Positions 1-12,800 of a stretch of DNA of 64,000 bases are shown in pieces. The notes under the pieces were generated by a model. That model was given only the letters and a program-made list of their open reading frames with translations, had not been told where the DNA came from and did no database searches. This DNA is from Trichosphaerium sp. ATCC 40318 (Eukaryota; Protista; Tubulinea). The first letter of the stretch is position 1; every line of letters begins with the position of its first letter. Both the position numbers and the translations under genes were made by a program. Location of the stretch: positions 62,001 through 126,000 of the forward strand of contig JALMLS010000022.1 of the NCBI GenBank assembly GCA_038496445.1. The letters are read 5' to 3'.

Positions 1-237
1 AGTACCCAATCGCAGCTTGTAGATATCCAAATGGTCAGTCCAGGGAGAAAGACAAAAGCTTCTCCAAAAAGTACTTTTAGGCGAAAAGGTGCGTTAAAAC
101 TTACTGTTAATCCTTCTGTTGTATCGAAGAATATTTGAATATGCGCTGCAGTAGGTTCTAGCACCTGTTTGTGGTGAAAGCTGGTTTTTTGTCATTTTTT
201 TATTGAATGTTTCTAACTTTTGTTTAAAATAGCGTCA

Positions 238-3200
238 ATGTCTCGTAAGGGTCTTCGTAGTACTGTTAAGCGTGAACGTAAACAAATGAAAGAAAAACAA
301 AGGCTATCTCTTCCTATTAAAGGGCTTCCACCTCCAAAGGAATACGAAAAAATAGAAATGTCTCAAAGGATAAAGTTAGAAGCTGAACCTAATTGTTTAC
401 TTCAAGTCACGGAAGAAGAGACTTGGGTTGGATTAGACAATGGAAAGTTATTCTTAACAAGTGTACGTAGGGCCCATGTGTTTATTATGAATGAAGGAAA
501 TGAAAGAAGAGAAAAACAGTCTTCTTTTTTTTTTTTTCTTTCCAAATTGTTATTGCCTAACTGCTTGTTGATTAGAACGGTAAAAATAGCTATATGAGTG
601 CGCATAAAAAAACAATTAATGGATTTGCACGTGCTTTCGATGGTTTACGTGATACGATTTGGACTCTTTCAGATGACACTGAAATTGGTACCTGGGAGCC
701 TAGGGTAAGTTAGTTTGTTTTGTAATGTCTTATTGATGTTTGTTACTATAGAGTCGTAACCATATCAAAAGAATATTTGCGCATTCAAATAAAGTAACTG
801 CTTCATGTGTTGTGGTTAATAATGGTGACGTTTCTGAAATATGGACAGGTGATGACGATGGATTCCTAAAAATGTTTGAGGTAACTATTTTGATGTAAAA
901 GCAAACACTGAATGTTTGTTTTCCAAGGGTTGTGAGCTTGCAAAAACTGTTCAAGTAGGAGGTTGTATTAATGACATAATTGTCGTAAATAATAAGGATG
1001 TATGGGTGGCAACAAATAGAGGCATAAAGATTTTTAATGGCACGAAGCAAGAAATCATTGCTAGGTACGCCCACTTGTCTTTTTTTTTCTCATACTTACT
1101 TTTTCTAATTGTTCTAGCTTTGAAACTCCTCAACCTACTGTTGCTTTGGCATATGGTAAAAATAATGTTTGGAGTGCTAGTGGGAAGGCATTATATGTTT
1201 GGACACCAAGTGCTAAAGTAACCGACTTTGTTTGTTTGGAAAAGTTGTTTTAATAACCACTTTACATAGACTGGTGTGGAAGATGCCCGTAAGGAGATTG
1301 TTTGCCACGAAGGAGCGATTACTTGTTTGGGTATTGTAAAGTCACCTAATGGAAGGCAGCAAATATGGAGCGGTTCACAAGATAAAAAAATACTGGTTTG
1401 GGATGCTGAGGTACTGTCTTTTCTCCATATTTTCTATTTCATGTAACTAACCTAAGTTTAAGTCTCATGCTCTATTAACTATACTGAAAAAACATGCATA
1501 TGTCACAAAAGCTATCATAGATACAAACAACGGACCTATATCATGCTCTGCAAACTGTATGTTTACACTTGTCTCTTCTGGTTTTTTTCTGGTTTTTCAT
1601 TCAAGTTGTTGATGAGTCGCTCACATATTTTCTCCTAGCTTCTGGACTTACATTCTGGCGTTATAATAATACTAAAGCCAAAACATCCAGAAGAGTTATG
1701 GATAAACCTACAATAACTTCATGCACGGAGTTATCACGTGATAAAGTAGAAAAACCTACAAAAATATCTACCACAGTAAAGGTGCCTTCACAGAATTCGT
1801 TAGTTGCACCTGGAATAAGCGATGTTCAATATGGATCCTACCCACACAATGAGGTTGGAAATACAAATAGTAGTGGAACTCCTTCAACGCAAGAAATCGG
1901 TACACTACAGTAGTTTCTTAACTTTGATTATTTTTTGCTTATCCTATGCTTTTAGACTATGGTTGTTTCCCAGAAACAAGTACTACTACTGATGATAATA
2001 CTGCAGTAAGACCTCCAAGCCAAGAAATAAATACAAATGCCGCAAAAGGGCGTACAACTCGCACAGAAAAGCGTACTGCACCAGCTGTTACTAGTACGTT
2101 TTTACTTGTCTCTTTGGCTCCCTTTTATCTTACACTTCAAAACAGATCATTATGGTGCATACCCTAGTCTCAGAAGTACTCAAAACAATCCTGCTGCAGA
2201 CTCTTCTACACCTATAAGACAATCTAGTACGTGTTTGATCAAGAAACAGGGTGTCACATTTGCTTACTCTGGAACAAAGGTTCTGCGTATGGTGGGTTTC
2301 CTAGCAAGCAAGCTACATCAGGTATCAAAGCGTCTTTGGCTCCAAAGAGCGCAACTCCTCCTCCTGTAAGAGCTTCTACAAGTTCTGTTTATGGAGGATT
2401 TCCAAGCAAGCAAGCTACAACAGGAAGCACAGGAGCATTGAATAATACGAATGCAACACCGCCTGTGAGATCTTCCCCTAGCTCTTATGGAGCTTTCCCT
2501 AAGGCTGGCACTTCTTACCCTTCAAGACCAGTGCCAACGAGCTTTGATGGTACTAAGAATACCAGCCCTGCTCCACAAATTGAAGAGCCTTTGAACAGAG
2601 AAAGAGTTTACAAGAGTTTTCCTCCACAAGGAAAGTCTCCAAGAGAGCAACAGTACGTTTTGTATTTTTCTTTAGCTTCTACTTTAACTTACTTTGTTCC
2701 TTTAGAAATCCTAGTACCAATGGTGGACCTGGTGGTCCTGGTGCACCTCGTAAGTGCCTTGTTATTCTTTCCACGTTACAAATTACTTATATTTCTTTAT
2801 AGAAGGATCATACTACGCTGCATTTCCTTCACCACAGAAAAACCCTATTCCAACAAGCTTTAATAATTCTCCTCCACCTATACGAAATGCTCCACCAACG
2901 CGGAGTCTTCCACCTAATCCTCCACCTAATCCTCCACCTACCAATGGCGTTCCTAAAACTCAAGATAGGGCATTTCCTCAAACTCTTGTACGCATTGGGC
3001 TTCAGCTATTTTTGAATTATTACTTAATTGAGAGTGTGCTCACTTTCTATGCAGTCAAATGATAAGCCAATGCTTGTACAGATTTATGATGTATCAAATA
3101 ATCGTAAGAATATTGTTATACGACCAGATGTCTCAAATGAACAGACTTATGCAGTACGTGAACAAAATAATCCAACTTTTACAAAGACTTACATGCAATT

Positions 3201-3479
3201 TAGTTGGTTGGTGACAAGTTTGGTTTAGCTAAAGGAACTTTTAAATTAAAACTCTGTGATGGTGGTAAGTTTAGTAAGCTAACTGATACGTTATATTCAA
3301 CAGCAAAAACAAAAACAAAAAGACAAACAATACACATATTCGAGAAGAAGAAATCTTGATGCGTGCTTGTTTTTTTGAAACAAAAAAAGAAGAAAATAAC
3401 AAGAAAAGAAAAGAAAAGATAAAGATACTGCTCTTCTCTATTTTTTGAAATTAGTATCCAAGGAAAGTGTACAATATAA
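238..3479 (+). CDS. WD40-like beta-propeller protein with long Pro/Ser/Thr-rich C-terminal region (multi-exon)
   Basis: Spliced exons give WD-type motifs (HSNKVTASCVV..IWTGDDDGFLKMFE; CHEGAITCLGIV..IWSGSQDKKILVWDAE), followed by a low-complexity tail with repeated YGxFP motifs. The 3' end is approximate. Confidence 0.7.
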
Positions 3480-3728
3480 ATAAAATAAGCAGTTACTTGT
3501 AAACTCATTGCATTCATTTTCAAGGTTACTGTTTACTCGTTGGGTATTTGCTGGTTTTACAAAACAAAAGAGTAGAACTACGCAAAATGGCAACATAAGT
3601 TGTCATTGCATAATAATAAACTTGAACGGTGCGTTATTGATTGAATGAGTAGTTTATGCGTTTGTAAAAGCATGTTATGCTACGTTTTTATGATTGTCAA
3701 GTGGTTGGATGGATACTCTTCCTGATAT

Positions 3729-6700
3729 TTATTTGTAAGATTTACGAGGTCCTACAGTAGAAGAGTCTATTGGTTTAAATCCACGTGCAAGAGCAGGTGA
3801 TGTTTTAGATAAATGATCAAAATCCAGATTGCCTAAAAAGTACATTAGAATATTGTGTTTAACTTTGCCTGTGATCTTACCAACATTTGTGAACTCAGGG
3901 TCAGCTAGAATGGAGTGTTTATCTTGCCCTTCGTTTTGCCATTGAGAAAAGGTAATTGGATGCTATACATCATTAGGTGTGAATGATAGAAGCAACGTAG
4001 TGGATAGAAAATCGCACTTGAGTTGGAGGAAACATCAACTTGTCATGGTTAATAGTACTCCAGTATGTGTTACTATCAAATGTTGTATTTCCAAAAGCAT
4101 TATCTCTGTTCGAATTAAATAGAGTGCCTGTGAAAACTATAAGAATGGCTTGTACAGCAGTTCATTTTAGAACCATTTGCGATGTATACAATATTTCTCT
4201 CAAAGGTGAATGAATTCGCTGAATGTGGTGATGGAGGATCAGGTGGATTTGCTCTTATAGCTGTTTTAATACAACCTGGAACTTTTCCACAAGAACTATC
4301 AGTATATTAGTGTACTATGGTTTTAGATAGTATCCAAAAGACACAGCAAGAAACAAGTTTTCATAAGAAGGGTAGGAAAAAAAGCTAACTTACTATTTGC
4401 TGTATGCTGGAAATGCAAATATGTTGTTAATAATATTATTGTTTGTTCCATAATGTTGATGTAATCCTGCGCTCTTTGAATGATACACAATATTGTTCGT
4501 AATGGTAACATTAGAAGACCAGTTGGAGCATTAGTATTGCAAACAAAGAAAACATTAAGTACCCCTCATCCAGGTAGTATCCGAATGCACTGGATCAGTG
4601 TTAATGTAATGGTAATACTTGAGAAAATTCTAGTATGCTTACCCATAGTCATAGCTGTTAACATCATGACAGACGTTATTGTTGATGATGGTTCCAGGAG
4701 ACCTTCCTAAAAACTGTGTAAATATCTAGCTCAAAGCCTTTGTATCCAGTCTTATCGTTTCAGGTCAACCTGTAACGTGTGACAATAATGGAATGAATAA
4801 AATACCCATGGTTTGGTGTTGTTTTGATTTGTGAATAGAACGAAACAATAGAGCAGCTATAAAAAAGGAAAACGGCGACGTACCTAAATGATAAACACAT
4901 CCCATATCAGACAATACTAAAGTAAAATATTAATTTAAACAGTTTTTTCATTGTAAAATGCATACATCCTAAACCAATGTGATGTATTAGATTGTAACTA
5001 AAAATAGAAATAAGCACGTGACAATAAAACAACACACTAACACGTGTGTTCGTTCCACTATTTGCACAAAAGAATCGTGTTTACAATTCCACATTAAAGT
5101 CAAAAAACCCTTGCCTTATTTTGTTTGTATGACAGCTTGTTGCTTCATAACCCCATGTCCATCCAGCTGATATTCCAGTGTAAGAAAAGTATCTGTGATG
5201 ACACGATTAAAGGATAAAAAGAGTTGAGTAGAAAACAAGTTTTGAGTACCTTATTTCGTTGTGCTCCAGAGCGCATGATGATGCTAGTTGCATTAATATG
5301 CCTGTTCCCGCTTGATAAATATGACCACCATTCTACCGCCATCAGAACTACATGAACAAGAGTATGACTAACCTCAATCAATGAATCACTGACAGAATTG
5401 TTTGTTGCAATAAGAGGTTCTGATGGTTCCAGACCATGTTGAGGCACACCGATCCTTATACCTCCAGCGCCCAAATCATTCATGTGACAATGTGAAACTA
5501 CGTTATTTTTGCTCCCAGCTGTGAACCATAGAGCGTATCCTCCTATTTAAAATGATGTTGGCAGCTCTTTTGAAAGTATAAGCAAGTACCTGTTGCTGAA
5601 ATTTCGACATTTTTAAACTGCCAATATCGTGATGCTGTGAGGCTTGGGTTCTTGTTAATTATAATAATCTTGATTTTATATAGCTTACTGAACTGTTGCT
5701 GTATTCACAAAAGAAGCGGATTGTCCATTGCACGTGGAATCTTTAGTCAAACACGATGACATATCGGCTGGTTTTTGGAAATAAGAAAAAAACATGCCTA
5801 AAGATTCTGATGATTTTCTTAAACTTACCTGCACTGTGGCTGAATGTTATTCCATCAAACTACAACTATGTGAATGGTGATAACAAAATAGCGATAGTGG
5901 TACAGTGACATAATCTACAAATTGCTTTGAGGTCGCATCTCCCATTGATGTTAAAATCTCAGTCAAAGAAGGAAGCACAACGTTCAGTTTTGTTAAGTCT
6001 TCTCCAGCATTTGCATGATAAGTAACAATATGACTGTTTCTAGCAATAAAAGCGTTACAATTATTAAAATACAAAATGTAGTTAGATGTACTTGTCGAAA
6101 TGGAAAGAACCAGGAGAATTAGTTAGACAAGACTTCACGTTTTCTAAAGGAAATTCATTAAGAAATACAGACTGCCAAATAAAATCAGTTATGGCGATGT
6201 ACCCAAGTAGAATCTATGACCACTAGCTAATCCAGTGTATGTAGCATACATAGGGTTTACTACTTTAACATTCTTTCCATCAATTGAAGATACTTGATGA
6301 TATGAGGAAGTCCTTCAAAAAACAATGTTAAAAAAAAAGTGTTAAGCGTTCCTGTACCAATACTGATACACTACCATCTAAGCATAGCGGGTTAGTATTG
6401 TAACGTTATTATATTATCCTTGTGTTACCTCAATTCCAGTATCTGTAGTGCTTGGAAGGTCATCTTTTGAAACTAACTCAAAAGCATGATCACCTTTACT
6501 GTTTCGTTAGTCTTGAGTTTACTAATGGTTGTTGCCTGACCAGATATAGATTCAAAGTGATCGTATGTCATGATACCGCAGTTTACACGCTTTCTTCTTT
6601 GTCCTGATAAGCAAGTTGTAAGCGAATTCGAAAGTCAGGGAAGGATTTTCGTCTTACCGTTTATCCACATTTGTCTAACATCGTTTTGTGTCACGTGCGC

Positions 6701-7265
6701 TTCCCATGTGTTACTACCAACTAGTTTCCAATCTTTAACCTGGACACCACCACTCACAATTACATCACCACTACTGTCACCAACGAACGATATTGGTGCT
6801 AGAACAAACAGTAACTCCCTAGAACTTTAACATTTTTCTTACCTTGTTCGCTTCCAGATATCGAAGAATTGAATGCTAACGGCACAGTTTGATAATAAGC
6901 ACCTGATACGATAGTATTAGAAGGAATAAAGCAAGTACATAAATGTGTGGTGACCTTTTTCAATGTTGAACGTTACGGCGGTTTTGAGAATGTTGGCCTT
7001 GTTCTTGTTCTTTAGAGATCTTGATTAAACAATGAGAAACACCGCTTTGTGCTGGTTAGGTATGCGCGTACGCTATTTGTTTCAAACATCGCGCTAGAGA
7101 CGCCCAAGGTGATCCCTTAGAACCATCGTTATTGTCGTTGCCTTTTATCACGTGTTAAATAGCGAACTTTCGATGTAATTGTCAAGATGTGCCTGTTGTA
7201 GATACGTAGTACTGCTGGCATGTAGAAATACAAATTAAAGCAAGTAGGAAAAGTGTTAACCGCAT
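3729..7265 (-). CDS. Secreted right-handed parallel beta-helix (pectin-lyase-fold) glycoside hydrolase, GH141-like
   Basis: Signal peptide MRLTLFLLALICISTC, then [93 protein letters not shown] and C-terminal SPALARGFKPIDSSTVGPR. These motifs are typical of bacterial GH141-type beta-helix proteins. Confidence 0.75.
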
Positions 7266-7463
7266 TTTGGAGTGCTTAGAAAGATTTAATGTGAATAAGG
7301 CACGATGGCTTCACAAAGTCGTACTACTAACACTGTTTGACATAACTGTACCTTCGCTTATAATTGGTTTGAGTATTCGCAATAATGTGCCCGTATTGTC
7401 CGTATTTAGAAGAAATTGTAAGGTGGCTACAATTGCATGACTGGTAGAATAAATAAGGGGTGG

Positions 7464-7492
7464 CTCAATTGTACCCTAACCCTACAATTGAG
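7464..7492. repeat. 10-bp perfect inverted repeat enclosing a telomere-like CCCTAACCC loop
   Basis: CTCAATTGTA-CCCTAACCC-TACAATTGAG read directly from the sequence. Confidence 0.9.
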
Positions 7493-8642
7493 TACAATAA
7501 CCTATTGCATTATTTTTTTACGTCAAATTTACTTAACCTTTCAATATTAACTCTGCCGAGGGACTTCAGACTTTGTTTGTTCTTCTTCTTTGGTTCGTTC
7601 CCATTCTTTTTCCATTTCATCTTAACGTTGGGACGTTTCATTTGCTGTTATTATAGGCATGGTATGGAGTAATTTTATAGGGAGTTTATTCAGCAATTGT
7701 AGTCTCACATCAGCCTGTGTTGCATGAAGTAAATTGGCGATAAGGACGCCTTGAAATACAATCGGAGAATTATTAGACTAATGTTACCTCGCCTTGCAAT
7801 ACTGTAGTTTAACGATGAAGAGTATGAGTTCTCCAATATTGGCCAGTATTATGTAAGGAATATGTTTAACAACTAGACACATTATGGGGAACGGATAATT
7901 TAACATTATGAGTTTGCTCTACCCAACGAAAAAGTACCAACTGCGACCTTTTTTTATTGCTCTGCAAGGATCGTTGAGCCTCAGAATTTTGCTAAAACTT
8001 GGGAACATATTACAAAATTTTAAAGTAAATTTCCTGTAGTAAAATACAACATGTGATTTTTTCTAAAAATAACATGGTTCTTACGTATATTCAAGACTTG
8101 GACCTAACGAGATATCACAAAAGATCACGCCACAGAAATGTTGATTCAACTCCAAATAGATTCAATTATATAGACTGGTCTTGGGTGAGTTACTACCGTT
8201 CGTAATTCCCTACCTCTTCAACATGAAAGAAACTAGCGCCTAGATTATTTTGTGAATCTCGCAACGAATTCGTTTCCATTAAATTGTCCGGGAACTGTTT
8301 ACTTTATTGGCACTATTGTACAACCTTAGGTGCGGAAAAAATAAAACCCCGTTCTCTCCAAACCATTGTATTTATTGGATACGTAAGGACGGCTCATTTC
8401 CAAGCTTCATAAGCAGAACTTTTATACTCCAGTTATTTTTACATAAAATACCACACAATAATCTGATCATCTAGATCTAACCTTTGTAGGGACAGAGGTA
8501 ATCCAAATTTTATTCTGAGGCTGCCTCGTTATATAAATTTACCCGCTGACTAATGTGATTTAAACACACACTAGCGTATGAGTAAGTTACTAGCGAATCA
8601 TTCTTCTCAAGTTTTCAAACACTAAACAATACAAGCGGAAAA

Positions 8643-9642
8643 ATGGTACGAAGCAAATTTCCGCTGTTATATATCTCTTTATCTCACAGTATACCTAGAA
8701 CTGGATTATTTTATCGGTTTGTGTGGCACTCTTCCTTACGCAAGTTACAGCGCTAGACAAAAACAAAACCCCTGGACAAAACTTCGACCTCAGCAACTGG
8801 AAAATAACACTTCCTGATTCATCAGCAAGCGAAAGATCACCTTCTCAAGTACGCAACTATTTCCCCACTTTCTGCACAGTCATGCCTATGTAACATTTCT
8901 GTTAGCTGCGCACATACACTTCCAAGTACTTTTACACAGGAGGCGATGGATCGATGACGTTCTATTGTCCTTCAAATGGCGGTACAACAAGTGGATCAAG
9001 TTACCCAAGATCTGAGTTACGTCAACTCTGTAACCCAGGTGACGATAACTACGTACACAACAACAATGTCAACCTAAAGCTAACACTCTGCCTTCTTTTT
9101 AGAATTGGCACATATCTGATAAAAACGTGATGAAAGCAAGACTCAAAGTTGATAGAGCCAAAACGGATGCCAACAAAGTTGTAGTACTTCAAATTCACGC
9201 TTTTGATGCACCACCTCTTATCAAAATTCAATGGGAATCTAACGGGAATATCTACGCTTTGTACAAGAAAAACAGAAACGGTGACGATGCTCCAAAGGTA
9301 ATTATAACAATTTATATTTTGTCTACCATGCAAGTTACAATTAACACAAACTTGAGGTTACTCTGGGCAGTGTTGGATTTGGTCGTTTTGACATGGAGAT
9401 ACATGTACGTCCTTGATATTATGTAACTTGTTTTGATGTTTACCAAGGCTGACAACGGACGCCTTAAAGTGTACCTCAATGGTGCTAAAAAACTGGACGT
9501 AAATGTGGGTGGATATTGGAGCAGCTTCACAAACTACTTCAAGGCTGGTAGCTACTTGCAAGCAAACTCTGGTGGTCAGTTCGCTACAGTCCGATTCTAT
9601 GAATTGGATATCACCAGCCAAGGACCTTGTGAAGAAGATTAA
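8643..9642 (+). CDS. Secreted polysaccharide lyase family 7 (alginate lyase)
   Basis: The ATG is followed immediately by an intron; spliced signal peptide MNWIILSVCVALFLTQVTA. PL7 hallmark motifs FDLSNWKITLP, YPRSELRQ, LQIH and YFKAGSYLQ are all present. Confidence 0.9.
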
Positions 9643-9882
9643 ATAAACTGCTCACACTTTCTGATGCCAAACAGTTTAATACAGTTTTGTTCCCGCTGTA
9701 GCGCTAGTGGACTCTGGAACTTTAATTGAGTTTTTTTTCAAGGTTTGTTTTCTTCGCTGTTATAATATGTACAATACTTAAAACGTCTGCAGAAAAAATA
9801 GAGGAGAGAGCAAAGAAGAAATTTAAGTTGAGATGACACGTGTAAATAAAATAGAAGCTTTTTTTTAGACTTTGAACATAGT

Positions 9883-12800
9883 TTAACAAAAAACTTTTTT
9901 CTGGTAAGTGCATGCTGATTTTTTAGTCCATTGTTTGAAGAACTGTTTCACGTCTAAGAAGAAAATTATTAGATATATTAAATACCTGTGGGTATTATAC
10001 GTACGTTGTAGAAGAGTTTGGAAAGAAGACAGGGAAAGGAGGTGGTACAGATAAGCCCAAACCATCAGGAACACTAAAAGAAAAAAGTCACAACATTGAT
10101 TCGCTTTGGATGCATATAAAGATGTTCTACTTACTTGCTCTGATATATAGTGTTTGTATAATGCTTAATAGATCCTTGGAAGGATCCACGATTAGGTATA
10201 TTGAAGCTACACTTTCCATCTTACAAGAGTATAAGTGAACAACGAAAACAAAGAAAAAAAGTTACCTCTTGTCCCGTTTGTCCATTTACCATTGAATGTG
10301 GTACCATTAGCAAAAGTGTATGTACCAGAACCATGGAACTATACATTATTTAAATCAATAGTTGTTCTTACAAAAAATCACGTGATTTTGTCTTACCAAA
10401 TTAAAAGCAAAACCGCCTTTGTAAGAATCTCCATTTCTAAATTCTGTTGAAAACAAAAGTCAGTTTCGTGTCATGGCTTTCTACCAATATTGTTAATTAC
10501 ATACCTATGTATCCTTTACCATGCATGTTGCTCTATATAAGCGTTATATTAGATAAAACAAGACTCTAGTGGTTAAAAAAGCGAACCATGTTCCATTCTC
10601 CTTCGTAGAGTATAATCCAATCTTTTTGATGTCCTGTCAACCTGCCTCCTTTATGCCCTGTTTAAAAAAGTGGGTAAGAAAGTGATCGAACTAAGCTATC
10701 CTTACATTTATCGTAAAGCCAAAAACCTTCATATCTTGCACCAGACTGGTAGGTCATCGTTCCTTTACCTTTAAAAAAAAACATCAACATTTTGACAAAA
10801 CTTTACTAGTTTATGATTTAGTCGTACCAGATCGGTACCCGTGTTCCCACTCTCCCTTTAACTTAGTTAGTATCTTTAAAATAATATTCAAGTACTTTAT
10901 AAGTAGAGCCATTTCGCCCGACAAATGATCCTTGACCATGACGCTAGTTGAGAGTTAATGTTGTTATATAACAAGTATGTAACACTTACTTTGTTGTGGA
11001 GCCAATCACCTTGATATTTGCATTTATTCGCATAGCACATACAACCTGAAATATTGTGTTATATATTGATTATATAGATCAAACATACCGACACCAGAGC
11101 GTGCTCCTCTGAGCCATTGACCCTTTTTTAAAAAGTCAAGAAAATTATAAGAAAAGACAAACTTTACCTGGTATTCACTACCGTCTCTGTACTTTTGATT
11201 ACCATGACCTTCTTTCATGTTGTATTGCCACTCTCCTGTGAATACTTCACCAGTAAGAGTATCAGTATATGTGCCATTACCATGACGCTAAACAAGCCAT
11301 TAATAAAAGAAACAAGCTCTTTTATAAAGCTACCAAGTCATGTTGGAAGTGCCCATAGTACACAGATCCATTAGCATACTTAACCTCTCCTTTACCGTGT
11401 TTAACGCCATTATTCCATCCGCCACAATAAGATTGGCCGTTGATATACGTTATTGTTCCTTCACCGTGGAACTACAACCAAAAGTTAAAAACGCAGAATA
11501 AAATCAAGTATACCTTATTTTCGTTAAACTGTCCTTCATATGATGTGCCATTCGCAAGCTTTAACTTTCCTTCGCCAGTTGCTGAGTCGTTCTAAAGCGC
11601 TATTTTCAGTATTGTAAGAGTTTGTGAATAACTAATTACCGTCCAGTCGCCTTCGTAGACATCACCGTTGTTAAACTTCAGCTGACCCTAGAACGAGAAA
11701 ATAAGAAAGAATCATATGTTTTTAGGTTCGAAATCCTTACCTGACCATGACGTTTGCCGTCCAGCCAATCACCTATTTTTATTAAAAACCCATGATTTTC
11801 CTATTAATTTGTACATACCAACGTATCGTCCACCTGTAGGTAAGGATAGCTCACCTTGTCCATTTTGCAGGTCCTAAGAAAACGAATTTAATTTGCCTTG
11901 TTTTACAATTTATAGTGTTCTTACGTCTTTCCATTCACCATTATATCTCTCTCCCGTTGGATACGTCAACTTTCCATTACCTTCTCTCCAATCTTCCTTC
12001 CATTCACCATCATATACACCTCCAAGATGAGAATACCTTCCTTTTCCATGACGCTTTAAACAAACTTTAGTTTAATTCGTTTGTTTAAAATTGATATTCC
12101 CTCTTACTTTACCGTGTTTCCAATAACCTACGTAGATACTTCAATATATAATTATAATAAAATAAACTCGTTTGCGACAGTACAAGGTAGTTACGGGATT
12201 TGTGTCGAGAGTTTTTTCAACAAGAAAAAAAAGGGAAAAGTCTGAAAATATACCTTCATAGATTGCAGTACTAGGATATGTATAACGACCATATCGAGTT
12301 GTATCGTCTTTGGATATTAGCACAAAATTATAAACATCAAAGTTAAGGTGTACCATTAGTGACATTACTACAAAAAAGCGATAAGTAACAATTTTTTTAC
12401 ATCATAGTCAACACGTACGGAGTTTGAGAAAACAAGTTATGTTGTGCTTGCTCTATTTTCTTTACCCATTCATTATCGTTTAGTTGTATTTTCTTCCCTT
12501 CTGGACCAATCAACATCACACTCACTGCAAAAAAAATAGAATAAGTCAAAAAACAACCACAGCAAGAAATGTTCTCATTAACAAAAGTTACGAAGTCAGA
12601 AAATTTTAAGAACATGGTTTTGTGTGCTAACAAACTGTGTAGAGTATGTAAAGCACATCCAGAGCGCGAAAAAACCTTTAATTGTTTAGCGGTTAACTTG
12701 AAAGCGTTTGACATTATGAGGTTTGTTAAAGAGTTCGTACTTTCATTTCTTCTTTCTACCTTCATCAACCAAACTAAGTTCAGTGGTAATGAGTACTCAG

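Noticed and set aside
7560-8000. Protein-like fragments in the GH141-PL7 spacer
   Set aside because: There are multiple stops in all frames and no recognisable motif.
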